NCBI GenBank assembly: GCA_965368975.1
Contig: CBDUPA010000004.1
Span: 128,001-192,000 of the forward strand
Length of the DNA: 64,000 bases
Source: an uncultured bacterium
GTDB taxonomy: Bacteria; Acidobacteriota; Thermoanaerobaculia; Multivoradales; JAHZIX01
Reading direction: 5' to 3'
Shown: positions 35,557 to 45,325 of the stretch, in pieces
Layout of the letters: every line of letters begins with the position of its first letter
How positions within the stretch are numbered: the first letter of the stretch is position 1
The notes under the pieces: generated by a model
The model's database searches: none
Told to the model about the DNA's origin: nothing
Seen by the model: only the letters and a program-made list of their open reading frames with translations
Translations under genes and position numbers: made by a program

Positions 35557-37620
35557 ATGAACCGCCTGCCCACTACTTTTCTCTGTTGTCTGCTTCTCCT
35601 GATTGCCGTGTTGCCGGCGACCCAGGCAGCTGCTTCGGACGCATCCGCGGACGAGCGCCTCCTGCGAGTCGAAGAAGCCAACCCGCGCAGTCTGCACGGT
35701 CCGTACCCGACGCTGGTGGATAGCGTGCGCCTGGAGGCGCTCGATCTCGACAAGCTGCGCGCGGAAGACGAGCTGCGCGCCACCCAAGGTCTGCCGGGAC
35801 GGTTCGCTGTCGCCAACCCGGTGCAGATCAACCCGCTCAGCCATGGCGCTTGGACGGTGCTGGCCGATGGAACGCACCAATGGCGTTTCCGGGTCCAGGC
35901 TCCGGGCGCGACGTCCCTGAACTTCGCCTTCGAACGTTTCGAGCTGCCGGCCGACGCGCGCTTGACCGTCACCTCGACCGATGGTCAGTTGTGGTTGCCG
36001 GCGTTCACGGCGCGCGATCAGCGCGAGGGCCAGCTGTGGACACCGCTGCTGCGCACCGACGATGTGCTCCTCGAGCTGATGGTGCCGGCCGCACAGCGCG
36101 ACCAAGTACACCTGGAGTTGACCGGTATCCAGCAGGGTTACCGCGGTTTCGGTGCCCAGGAGCCCGGTACGGAAGGGGCCGACAAGTCCGGGGCCTGCAA
36201 TGTCGACGTGGTGTGTCCCGAGGGCAACGGCTGGCGCAGTCAGATCCGTTCGGTCGGTGTCTACAGCATCAACGGCATCTTCTTCTGCACCGGCTCGATG
36301 ATGCACAACACCTCGCAGGACTTCCGTCCGCTGTTCCTGACCGCCGACCACTGCGACGTGTCCACGGGCAATGACCAGTCCGTGGTCGTCTACTTCAACT
36401 ACGAGAATTCGACCTGCCGCACGCCGGGAGGAGCCGCCAGCGGCGGTAACGGCAACGGCCAGCTGAACCAGTTCGTCAGCGGTACCACACTGCGGGCCAA
36501 CGGCGCGGCTTCGGACTTCAGCTTGCTCGAACTCAGCGCCGACCCCAACCCGGCATGGAACGTGTTCTGGAACGGCTGGGACCGGCGCACGATCGATCCT
36601 TCCTCGGCGGTCGCAATCCACCATCCCAACACGGACGAGAAGCGCATTAGCTTCGAGAATCAGCCGCTGACGACGACCGGTTACACGGGTAGCAACAGCC
36701 CCGGTGACGGTACCCACTTGCGGGTCGAAGACTGGGATGTCGGGACGACCGAAGGTGGTTCTTCAGGCTCGCCGCTGTACAGCCCGCAGGGACGGGTGAT
36801 CGGCCAGCTGCACGGGGGTTTTGCGGCTTGCGGCAACAACCTGCCGGACTGGTACGGTCGTCTGTCGTACTCGTGGAATGCCGGTGGCAGCGCCGCGGCG
36901 CGGCTTCGGGATTGGCTGGACCCGGTGGGCAGCAACGTCCAGACCCTCAACGGCGCCAACAAGCCCACCGGCGGCAACCAGATCCCGGCCGCTCCGAGCA
37001 ACCTGAAGGTGCAGGCGACGTCCAACACCGAGGTGCAGCTGACCTGGAACGACAACTCGGACGACGAGGATCTGTTCCGTATCCAGATGAGCACGGATGG
37101 GGCGACCTACAACAATATCGGTGATTTGCCGGCGAATTCGACCGCGGCGAACATCAGCGGCCTGACGCCCGGGGCGGACTACTACTTCCGTGTTCGGGCG
37201 CGCAATGACGTTGGCAGTTCGGCGGCGTCCAACGTCGCGATGATCACCATGTCGCAGGTCACCGGACCTTGCGTGCCGGGTGTGTCGACGCTGTGCCTCA
37301 ACAAGGATCGTTTCCAAGTGCGGGCCGACTGGCGGCGCTCGAATGGCACCAGTGGAGCCGGGACGGGAGTCGAACTGACGGACGACACCGGCTACTTCTA
37401 TTTCTTCAACAGTGACAACGTCGAGATGGTGATCAAGGTTCTGGACGCCTGCGGCGGAAGCTTCGATCGCTTCTGGGTCTTCGCCGGAGGCCTGACGAAC
37501 GTAGAGGTTGACGTTATCGTGACCGACACGCAGACGGGGTCGATCCAGACCTACTCGAATCCGTTGAATACACCCTTTCAGCCGATTCAGGACACCAACG
37601 CCTTCGCCACCTGTCCCTGA
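35557..37620 (+). CDS. Secreted lysyl endopeptidase-like S1 protease with FN3 and C-terminal accessory domain
   Basis: Signal peptide, prodomain, SGACNVDVVC, LTADHC, DFSLLEL, IHHP, TTEGGSSGSP; FN3 from PAAPSNL; C-terminal CLNKDRF...FWVFAGGLTNVE...DTNAF. Confidence 0.92.
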   Translation: MNRLPTTFLCCLLLLIAVLPATQAAASDASADERLLRVEEANPRSLHGPYPTLVDSVRLEALDLDKLRAEDELRATQGLPGRFAVANPVQINPLSHGAWTVLADGTHQWRFRVQAPGATSLNFAFERFELPADARLTVTSTDGQLWLPAFTARDQREGQLWTPLLRTDDVLLELMVPAAQRDQVHLELTGIQQGYRGFGAQEPGTEGADKSGACNVDVVCPEGNGWRSQIRSVGVYSINGIFFCTGSMMHNTSQDFRPLFLTADHCDVSTGNDQSVVVYFNYENSTCRTPGGAASGGNGNGQLNQFVSGTTLRANGAASDFSLLELSADPNPAWNVFWNGWDRRTIDPSSAVAIHHPNTDEKRISFENQPLTTTGYTGSNSPGDGTHLRVEDWDVGTTEGGSSGSPLYSPQGRVIGQLHGGFAACGNNLPDWYGRLSYSWNAGGSAAARLRDWLDPVGSNVQTLNGANKPTGGNQIPAAPSNLKVQATSNTEVQLTWNDNSDDEDLFRIQMSTDGATYNNIGDLPANSTAANISGLTPGADYYFRVRARNDVGSSAASNVAMITMSQVTGPCVPGVSTLCLNKDRFQVRADWRRSNGTSGAGTGVELTDDTGYFYFFNSDNVEMVIKVLDACGGSFDRFWVFAGGLTNVEVDVIVTDTQTGSIQTYSNPLNTPFQPIQDTNAFATCP

Positions 37621-37661
37621 TCGCCAGCGATCTCGACATACCAGTCCTGTTGACTGCATGG

Positions 37662-37697
37662 GCAAACACCGCCGCGGAGTTCCGTGGCGGTGTTTGC
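37662..37697 (+). terminator. Stem-loop terminator after the protease gene
   Basis: GCAAACACCGCCGCGGA-GT-TCCGTGGCGGTGTTTGC (17-bp arms, one G-U pair). Confidence 0.75.
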
Positions 37698-37728
37698 GTT
37701 GGTGACAGGCCTACGGAGGTCGACCGTG

Positions 37729-38178
37729 ATGAACCGCTTGTTGATCGCTTCCCTGCACCTACAGGCTCTGCATCGTCACGCCGAGGCTACCTATCCGGAG
37801 GAGTGCTGCGGCTTCCTGATCGGCCGTAAGCTTCACGACGAGCCTCCCACAGTGATGGTCGAACAGGTGCTGGCAGCGCACAATGATCGTGAGGACCAAC
37901 GGCACAGCCGCTTCGTCATCGCACCCGAGACCGTGCTGGCGACACACAAGCGAGCCCGAGCCCAACAGCTCGACGTGGTCGGCTACTATCACTCCCACCC
38001 GGATGCACCCGCACGGCCGAGTGAGCTCGATCGCGAGTTCGCCTGGCCCGATCTGAGTTACCTGATCGTGTCGGTGCGCAAGGGGCGAGTGGCGCAGACT
38101 CGGAGTTGGCGCTTGCGCGGCGATCGGGGACGCTTCGAGGAGGAAGACGTGGCTGACTTGTCTGGGGAGAACCGATGA
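37729..38178 (+). CDS. M67/JAMM metallopeptidase (Mec-like)
   Basis: YPEECCG and YHSHPD...PSELD JAMM motif; GGAGG SD. Confidence 0.93.
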   Translation: MNRLLIASLHLQALHRHAEATYPEECCGFLIGRKLHDEPPTVMVEQVLAAHNDREDQRHSRFVIAPETVLATHKRARAQQLDVVGYYHSHPDAPARPSELDREFAWPDLSYLIVSVRKGRVAQTRSWRLRGDRGRFEEEDVADLSGENR

Positions 38179-38197
38179 GCCATTGGGAGAGCGTGTG

Positions 38198-39349
38198 ATG
38201 GATAGATCGCAGCCGCTGAGCGCGGCCGAAGTTCGGCGTTACAGTCGCCACTTGATCCTGCCCGAAGTGGGCATGGAAGGGCAGCTCGAACTCAAGCAAG
38301 CGCGCGTGCTGCTGGTCGGTACCGGTGGCCTCGGCTCGCCGCTCGGCCTCTACCTGGCGGCTGCCGGCGTCGGAACGCTTGGGCTGGTGGACTTCGACGT
38401 GGTCGACGAATCCAACCTACAACGCCAAGTACTGTTCGGCCAGGAAGATGTCGGGCGTCCCAAGATCGAAGCCGCCGTGGACCGCCTGCGCGGCATCAAT
38501 CCACACATTCGCCTCGAGCCGCACGCGATGCGTCTCGATGCGGACAACGCGCTACAGCTCTTCGAGTCCTACGACATCATCGTCGACGGCACCGACAATT
38601 TTCCCACTCGCTACCTGGTGAACGATGCTTGCGTGCTGCTTGGCAAGCCCAATGTCTACGGCTCTATCTTCCGCTTCGAAGGCCAGGTGTCGGTGTTCTG
38701 GGGTGCCCGCGGGCCCTGCTATCGCTGTCTGTTCCCCGAGCCGCCGCCGCCGGGGCTGGTGCCGTCGTGCGCCGAGGGCGGTGTGCTCGGCGTGCTGCCG
38801 GGCATCATCGGCTCGCTGCAGGCGAACGAAGTGATCAAGCTGATCCTCGACCAGGGCGACTCGATGATTGGGCGTCTACTGCTGTTCGACGCGCTCAAGA
38901 TGCAGTTCCGTGAGCTGCGCCTGCGCAAGGACGCCGAATGCCCGCTGTGCGGCGACAATCCGACCCAGACGGAGTTGATCGACTACCAACAGTTCTGCGG
39001 TGTCCAGGCGGAGCCGGAGCTGCCCGAAGACCAGTTCGAGATCACCGTCGAGACCCTGCGACAGTGGCGCAATGAAGGGCGCCAGCTGACCCTTGTCGAC
39101 GTGCGAACGGAACAGGAGGATGCCATTTGCCGTATCGACGGTGCACAGCTGATTCCGCTGCACGAGCTGCCGCGCCGCTTACACGAGCTGGGCGATGCCG
39201 AATTGGTCGTGGTGCACTGCCACCATGGTATCCGGTCGGCCCAGGCGACCCACTTGCTGCGCCAGACCGGCTTTGAGAAGACGTGGAATTTGGCCGGTGG
39301 AATCGATGCCTGGGCGCTGCGCGTGGAGCCGTCCATGCCGCGCTACTGA
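38198..39349 (+). CDS. moeB: MoeB/MoeZ adenylyltransferase with rhodanese domain
   Basis: RYSRHL, GTGGLG, SNLQRQ, DGTDNFPTRY, CYRC/CPLC, C-terminal rhodanese CHHGIRS. Confidence 0.95.
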   Translation: MDRSQPLSAAEVRRYSRHLILPEVGMEGQLELKQARVLLVGTGGLGSPLGLYLAAAGVGTLGLVDFDVVDESNLQRQVLFGQEDVGRPKIEAAVDRLRGINPHIRLEPHAMRLDADNALQLFESYDIIVDGTDNFPTRYLVNDACVLLGKPNVYGSIFRFEGQVSVFWGARGPCYRCLFPEPPPPGLVPSCAEGGVLGVLPGIIGSLQANEVIKLILDQGDSMIGRLLLFDALKMQFRELRLRKDAECPLCGDNPTQTELIDYQQFCGVQAEPELPEDQFEITVETLRQWRNEGRQLTLVDVRTEQEDAICRIDGAQLIPLHELPRRLHELGDAELVVVHCHHGIRSAQATHLLRQTGFEKTWNLAGGIDAWALRVEPSMPRY

Positions 39350-39429
39350 TCCGAGCACGAGAGCGCGGCCGTGAGTTGGGCTCAGGCTGTTCTTTGCTCC
39401 GGAGATTGACGATTTGCTAGGCTGTGTGC

Positions 39430-40758
39430 ATGAACACGTCCACAGCTTCGCAGGCCCACATCGCCGGCCGCTGGTTCGCCGGTGTCTTGTCGATGGTGTT
39501 TCTGGCTGAGGTGGCATGCGGTCCGGACGGCTCTGACGATTGGTCCCGGTTCCGCGGGCGCAACGGAGACGGCCTGATCGCCGACAGCCGAGAAGGTGCC
39601 GGGGGCCTTCCCGTAGAGTGGAGTGCCGAACAAGGGATCCGCTGGAAGGCATCCCTGCGCGGTACCGGCAACTCATCCCCCATCGTGCACCGAGGTCAGG
39701 TGTTTCTGACGGCTGCCTGGGAAGTTGGGGGTGGCGCTGCGGGCAAGCAGCGCGCCGTGCTGGCCTTCGACCTGGCCACCGGTGCAGAACTCTGGGCCAC
39801 CGAATTGTTCTCCGCCACACCGGAGAAGAAGCATCGTTTCAACACACTGGCGGCACCCTCTCCGGTGGTCGACGATGCTGTCTACGTCTACTTCGGTTCG
39901 GTGCTGGCAGCCCTCGAATTCGATGGTAGCGTGCGCTGGCAGCACGAGATCGACCCGACGTATGCGCAGTTCTCGCGCTACGGTGCCGCAAGTTCGCCGG
40001 TGTTGACGCGCGAGTCCGTGATTGTCGTCCAGGACCGTGAGTGGGCACAGACCGAGGACGTCGGCTGGATCAGTGCCTTTGATCGCAAGACCGGTGAGCC
40101 GCTGTGGCGCAGCGAATGGCGAAACACCTGCTGTTCCTACTCGACGCCGTTGGTCGTCGACCGAGGTGCCGGCGAAGAGATCCTGTTCGCCCAGTCGGGC
40201 TCGATCGTGTCCTATGCCGCGGCGGACGGCCAGCAGCTGTGGTCCCATTCCGTCGAGATCAACCAGATGGTCTCCAGTCCGGTGCTCGACGGGGACTTGC
40301 TGGTGATGGCTGGTGGCGCCAATCAGATCCGTTCGACCGAAATGCTGCGCCTCACGGGTAGTGGTGCCCGGACAACCGTCGAGACATTGTGGCAGAGCAA
40401 GCGGTTCGCGCCGCAGGATGCTTCGCCGGTGCTGTACCAGGGCAAGGTCATCACCGTCACCGATCAGGGGATCGCGGCCGCCCACGAGGCACATACAGGG
40501 GCTGAACTGTGGCATGGACGTCTGGGGCGCGGGCGCATGCGCGCGTCGCTGGTCGCGGGGGACGGCCGGGTGTATGCCACCTCCAGCGGTGGCGCGGTAG
40601 TCGTCTTTTCTGCCGGCGATACCTTCGAGAAGTTGGCTGAGAACGAACTCGGTGAGACCGGAACGAACGCCAGTCCCGGCTTCGCCGATGGCTGCCTGCT
40701 ACTGCGTACGAGCGAGCACCTGTGGTGCGTCGAAGCTCGGCCGGTCACGGCGAACTGA
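39430..40758 (+). CDS. PQQ-like beta-propeller protein (BamB/Planctomycete-type), probable lipoprotein
   Basis: VACG, WSRFRGRNGDG, LPVEWS, GNSSP, repeated TGxxxW docking motifs. Confidence 0.88.
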   Translation: MNTSTASQAHIAGRWFAGVLSMVFLAEVACGPDGSDDWSRFRGRNGDGLIADSREGAGGLPVEWSAEQGIRWKASLRGTGNSSPIVHRGQVFLTAAWEVGGGAAGKQRAVLAFDLATGAELWATELFSATPEKKHRFNTLAAPSPVVDDAVYVYFGSVLAALEFDGSVRWQHEIDPTYAQFSRYGAASSPVLTRESVIVVQDREWAQTEDVGWISAFDRKTGEPLWRSEWRNTCCSYSTPLVVDRGAGEEILFAQSGSIVSYAAADGQQLWSHSVEINQMVSSPVLDGDLLVMAGGANQIRSTEMLRLTGSGARTTVETLWQSKRFAPQDASPVLYQGKVITVTDQGIAAAHEAHTGAELWHGRLGRGRMRASLVAGDGRVYATSSGGAVVVFSAGDTFEKLAENELGETGTNASPGFADGCLLLRTSEHLWCVEARPVTAN

Positions 40759-40760
40759 CG

Positions 40761-42134
40761 GTGCGGTCGGTGGACTCGAAGCGCTGGCATGGGGGCTTGG
40801 TTGCCCGTGGCGGCGCAGGTTCAATCTTGGGACTCTCGCTGTTGTCGCTCTTGCTGGCAGTCGTCGCGTGCGGTGTCCCGACGAGCGGCGATCCACCCGA
40901 CGACTGGCGCGGCTTTCGCGGACCACATGGCCTGGGGCAGTCGAGCGCGCAGAACCTGCCGGTCGAGTGGAGTGTGCCCGGTCCCGGCCTGCGCTGGTCT
41001 GCGCCGGTGCCCGGAGTCGGCAACTCGCAGCCGGTGGTGGCCGACGGCAGGGTCTATCTGACCACCGCCGAGCGCGAAGCCGAAGGCGCCGACCCCTGGC
41101 GTGTCGTGCTCGCCTATGATGCCGTCAGCGGTGAGCAGCTGTGGCGTCGCGAGCTGTTTCAGGCGCCGGCCGAGAAGCGCTCGCCGCACAATACGCTGGC
41201 CGGCCCGTCGCCGGTGACTGACGGTGAGACCGTGTGGGTCTATTTCGGTTCGCACTTGGCTGCCCTCGACCGCGATGGCAACGTGCGCTGGCAACGGGAG
41301 ATCGATCCGAGTTATGCCGAGTTCTCACGCTACGGTGCTGCCAGCTCGCCGGTGCTGACCTCGACCGATGTCATCGTGTTCCAGGATCGTGAGTACGCGC
41401 GCAACGAGGACATCGGCTTCCTGGCCGCCTTCGACCGCGTCACCGGAGACGAGCGTTGGCGCACCGAGTGGCAGAATACCTGCTGTGCCTACTCGACGCC
41501 GCTGGTGGTCGATACGGGAGGCGTCGACAGGGGAGTTGGTGAAGAGTTGTGGGTATCGCACAGTGGCAGCCTGACTAGCTATTCAGCCGCCACTGGGGAG
41601 GTGCTCTGGCAGCACGAAGTGCCGATCAATCAGGTCGTGGCCGGTGCTGTGTACGAACCTGTAGAGGAAGCCGGCGAGGACAGCTGGCTCGTCGTGCTGG
41701 CGAGCGGAGCTGACCACGTGCGCGCCAGCGTTGGCCTGCGGCTGCGTGGCCACGGGGCCGAGACCACGATCGAGCAGCTGTGGTTGGACAAGGCGATGGC
41801 GCCGCAGTCGTCGTCGCCGATCCTGCGCGATGGCCTGCTGTACGTGCTGACCCTCCAGGGGGTGGTAGTGTGCCGCGATGCAGGCAGCGGCGAAATCCTC
41901 TGGCGCGGGCGCCTCAGCCGGGGTCGCAACCTGGCGGCGCTGGTGCTGGGCGATGGCAAGCTGTACGCGACGTCGGCGTCCGGGATGGTGTCTGTAGTGG
42001 CGTTGGGGCGTGAGTTCCAGCTGCTGGCCGAGAACGAACTCGACGAGCCGGGGTCCACGGCGTCTCCGGCGCTCGGCGCCGGCTGCTTCCTGCAGCGCGG
42101 TGAAACACGACTGTACTGTTTCCACAGCCCCTGA
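40761..42134 (+). CDS. PQQ-like beta-propeller protein, tandem paralog
   Basis: VVACG, WRGFRGPHGLG, LPVEWS; shares HxTLAxPSP, EIDPxYAxFSRYGAASSPVLT and NTCCxYSTP with the upstream gene. Start uncertain (40722 or 40761). Confidence 0.88.
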   Translation: MRSVDSKRWHGGLVARGGAGSILGLSLLSLLLAVVACGVPTSGDPPDDWRGFRGPHGLGQSSAQNLPVEWSVPGPGLRWSAPVPGVGNSQPVVADGRVYLTTAEREAEGADPWRVVLAYDAVSGEQLWRRELFQAPAEKRSPHNTLAGPSPVTDGETVWVYFGSHLAALDRDGNVRWQREIDPSYAEFSRYGAASSPVLTSTDVIVFQDREYARNEDIGFLAAFDRVTGDERWRTEWQNTCCAYSTPLVVDTGGVDRGVGEELWVSHSGSLTSYSAATGEVLWQHEVPINQVVAGAVYEPVEEAGEDSWLVVLASGADHVRASVGLRLRGHGAETTIEQLWLDKAMAPQSSSPILRDGLLYVLTLQGVVVCRDAGSGEILWRGRLSRGRNLAALVLGDGKLYATSASGMVSVVALGREFQLLAENELDEPGSTASPALGAGCFLQRGETRLYCFHSP

Positions 42135-42188
42135 AGGTCTCACCAGCAAGACGAGGCTAGGCAGGGCTAGGCCCAAGAGGAACCAACA

Positions 42189-45100
42189 ATGCCGAATACG
42201 GACGCGATCTTGGAAACCGTGGGTGCGCTGCTGCAGAACAAGCATCTCAACCTGCTGCTCGACACGCGTGACTTGCTGCAGCCGGTGGGCTCGCAGGGCG
42301 TGCAGCCGCGCCACGAAGAGGTACGCAGTTCGGCGACTACCGTCGAGGTCTACGGTCAGCCTCTGCGTCTCGATGCCGCCGCCGATGGCGATGTCCAGAT
42401 CTATGCTGCCGACGCCGAGGTCGAGGACCTGTTCGTCGGTGGCGAGACCTTCAAGGCGCCGGAGGGGACGTCGCTGGCGGCCCTGGGGATCTATGGCACG
42501 CTGGAACTGGGCTCCGAGATCCCGCCACTGTCGCAGGGAGCACTGACGCTGACCTTCACCGGCAGCAGCGACTCCAAGTTCGGCTATCAGCACTTGCTGC
42601 CGGTGTGGCAGAGCGAAGGTCGCGTCAAGGCTTTCACGGACCTGGCCTTGACCAGCCGCTTGCCGAGCCGAGTTCAGCTCGAGCAGTTGCGTCCCGGCGA
42701 AGTGCACCGCCTGGACGCCAGGGTCAACCTGTCGCTCGGGGTGCAGGCGCGATGGGGCAAGGAATTTGACCTCCACGAAGTGGTCGACTTGTGGCGCGGG
42801 CTGTCGGCTGGTGTGCGTGCGCACGCCGCCGCGGACCTGCAAGCCAGCCTCGGCTGGTCGCTGTACGAAGAGATGCAGCTGACCGTCGGCCGTGCCAACC
42901 TACTCAACCCTGGGTGGGTTCGCTTGCGTTTACAGCGCAGCCGCCGTCGTCACCTGACTCTCGGGACGGTGGTCGCCTTGCAAGCCAGCTACGACGGCAG
43001 CGACCTCGCCACCGTCCTGCAGCAGACGCTCGACCAGTCGCCGCTGCCGCGCCTGATCGAAGCCTTTCGGCCGATCGCGGCTGGCGACTGGGAGACCGTC
43101 AAGGCGAAGCTCACCGACCGCGTCACCGCGACGCTCGACGAGTACCTGGATACCACCGGCTGGCAGCAGTGGCTCGAGGGTCGCCCCGAGGTCCAAGAAC
43201 TGGTCGACACCGCGCACACGATGGTCGAGGCCTACGATGGCCTCGATGGCCGCATCCAGAGCTGGTGGGACCGTGTCCTCGGCCAGGTCGACCTGAGTGA
43301 GGGCGGCAAGGCTCGCGAGGTGCTGCAGGTCGTCGCCGGCATCGGCGGTGGCTCGCTGAATGACCTGATCGAGAACAAGGACGTACGCGAGGCACTGGAC
43401 TGGATCGAAGCCCTGACCGGCAAGAGCCTGGAGGATCTGGTTCTGGGTTCCAACGACGACCTGGAGCAAGCTCTGCAGCGTGCGGCCGAACTGGCGCAGC
43501 AGACGCTCGACTTTCTCGACAACCTGCCGGACAAGGTGCGTGCGCGGGTCGATACCTACGCCGGCAAGCTCGGCGTCCGCACCACGCTCGACTGGCTGAG
43601 CCAGCACGCGACTTCCAAGGCTGACTTGATCGCCTTCGTCGACGCGGCGGCCGAGAAGCGCCTACGGCAGTTGGTCGAACGCTTGCTCGACAAGGCTTGG
43701 GGGCGCATTTCCGAAGACGACTTGGCGGCTGTGCGTGCCTGGGCTCAGCGTCTGGTGGCCAACTACGACCGTCTCGAGGCGCGCTTTCGTAGCGCACTCG
43801 AGAAGTTCAAGGGAGAGCTCGGTTTCTCGCTCAGCATCACGATCGATCGCCTGAGCCAGCGCGAGGCGCTGCTGGATCTCGAGGTCGACCCGACGGATCC
43901 ACAGCTCAATACCGACATCACGAGCGCACTGCGGCAAGGCAATGTGCGCGGCTTGCTCGAAGCCCTACCACCGTTGACACAGCTACCTTCGACACAGCCG
44001 CTGGATGAGCCCGTGAACCAGCCGTCGGGCGCAGGGGGGCGGCGGGCGCGCTACCTGGTGCGCGAGGCCGTGTTGTCCGAGAAGCGCGTGCGCACCGCGA
44101 CGCTCTCCGTTCTCTTCCGCTTCCTGGGCTTGCAGAGCCTGATGCGCAACCAGAGTCAGTGGACCGAGGAAGCGCAGCTCGAGGTGCGTGGGCAGTCGGG
44201 TCGCTTCCAGCGCAAAGGGACCTATGCCGGCGGGTTTCGTCGTGCCAATAGCAACGTCCAGGAAACGGAAGCGGCGGTCTGGTTCGAGACCGCGGCGGCC
44301 GACTCCGCGGACCAGCCGCTGGCGCCCTTCGCTGCTGCCGCCCTCGACAACCACTTGCGCTTGACCTACGGCTTCCAGGATGCCGAGACCACCCTCGACG
44401 AGCGCGTGGCCTTGGATCACCTGCTGGCCAAGCTCGGTTTCTTGAAGTCACCCGGCAGTGTCGACAACCTCCGTCGCCGTCTCGGTGATGTACCGATCCT
44501 GGATCTGCGACTGGCAGTCGAGATCCGCATCGGCGGTGAAGGTGTCACGGCCCTGCTGCAAGACCTCCAGGGGCCAGCGGGAGATACCGCTGAAGCCAGC
44601 TGGAACGAGGATTACCTGCGCGCCGCCCAGCATTGGTTCCAGAGTCCGGTTCTGGCGGTCAATCGGTTTGACAGCGTCAAGCACCGGCCGCTCGGGGAGA
44701 TCCTCCTCGACCTGACCCGCCACAGTGACTTCGAAGGCAAGTGGCGACAGGGGCCCCAGCCACTGACCGAGGACTGGTTGCCCGGTGGCAAGAAGGTCGA
44801 GGTCGGTGGGCAGACCTACCTGGTCAAGCCGTTCAACCGAGACTTCGCCGGCAGCCCCGCGCTGCTGCAGCACTGGCGCCCCGAGTACAACAGCCTCTAC
44901 TTCTTGGCGGCCAACCGCGGTCCGGGGCTACGAGGATTTCGGACGCTGGCGCAGGCTGTGCGCAGCAGCGCCGAGCAGGGTACGCAGGCGGCCCTCGTCG
45001 CCCAGAGCCAAGCTGTCGCCGAAGGGCTCAAGGATGCCCACCCAGGCTACGCTGGTCTCAACCTGAGCTGGAACTGTCCCCTCTTCCTCACCTGGCTGGT

Positions 45101-45242
45101 GCTCACGCGGCTGTCCCGCGTGCGCCGCCAGAGCCTGAAAGAGGCCCGTGGCGTCGCGACCCTGCGCTGGCGCGCCCCGGGTTCGGAGGCCTGGCAGGAA
45201 CCCCTGCACTGGAAGCTGGACGCCGGAATACCTGTCCTGTGA
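42189..45242 (+). CDS. Large hypothetical protein (1017 aa)
   Basis: Long ORF with AGAGG SD and ordinary GC-rich codon usage; no family motif or signal peptide recognised. Confidence 0.85.
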   Translation: MPNTDAILETVGALLQNKHLNLLLDTRDLLQPVGSQGVQPRHEEVRSSATTVEVYGQPLRLDAAADGDVQIYAADAEVEDLFVGGETFKAPEGTSLAALGIYGTLELGSEIPPLSQGALTLTFTGSSDSKFGYQHLLPVWQSEGRVKAFTDLALTSRLPSRVQLEQLRPGEVHRLDARVNLSLGVQARWGKEFDLHEVVDLWRGLSAGVRAHAAADLQASLGWSLYEEMQLTVGRANLLNPGWVRLRLQRSRRRHLTLGTVVALQASYDGSDLATVLQQTLDQSPLPRLIEAFRPIAAGDWETVKAKLTDRVTATLDEYLDTTGWQQWLEGRPEVQELVDTAHTMVEAYDGLDGRIQSWWDRVLGQVDLSEGGKAREVLQVVAGIGGGSLNDLIENKDVREALDWIEALTGKSLEDLVLGSNDDLEQALQRAAELAQQTLDFLDNLPDKVRARVDTYAGKLGVRTTLDWLSQHATSKADLIAFVDAAAEKRLRQLVERLLDKAWGRISEDDLAAVRAWAQRLVANYDRLEARFRSALEKFKGELGFSLSITIDRLSQREALLDLEVDPTDPQLNTDITSALRQGNVRGLLEALPPLTQLPSTQPLDEPVNQPSGAGGRRARYLVREAVLSEKRVRTATLSVLFRFLGLQSLMRNQSQWTEEAQLEVRGQSGRFQRKGTYAGGFRRANSNVQETEAAVWFETAAADSADQPLAPFAAAALDNHLRLTYGFQDAETTLDERVALDHLLAKLGFLKSPGSVDNLRRRLGDVPILDLRLAVEIRIGGEGVTALLQDLQGPAGDTAEASWNEDYLRAAQHWFQSPVLAVNRFDSVKHRPLGEILLDLTRHSDFEGKWRQGPQPLTEDWLPGGKKVEVGGQTYLVKPFNRDFAGSPALLQHWRPEYNSLYFLAANRGPGLRGFRTLAQAVRSSAEQGTQAALVAQSQAVAEGLKDAHPGYAGLNLSWNCPLFLTWLVLTRLSRVRRQSLKEARGVATLRWRAPGSEAWQEPLHWKLDAGIPVL

Positions 45243-45325
45243 TCGCTGCCGCGCGACGTCCACCTCGACGGCCACCGACGCGGGGTGCGGATAGATGGTC
45301 GGGCCGGTGCAACCGTACAAGAGCA

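Noticed and set aside
37729-39349. CBASS/Bil-type anti-phage ubiquitin-like system
   Set aside because: No CD-NTase, E2 or effector; the MoeB-rhodanese fusion points to sulfur-carrier metabolism.
44741-45325. N-terminal extension of adaptor 1 in the ORF track
   Set aside because: Overlaps the 1017-aa gene by about 500 nt and is low-complexity Arg/Ala/Pro; the signal-like segment starts at 45326.
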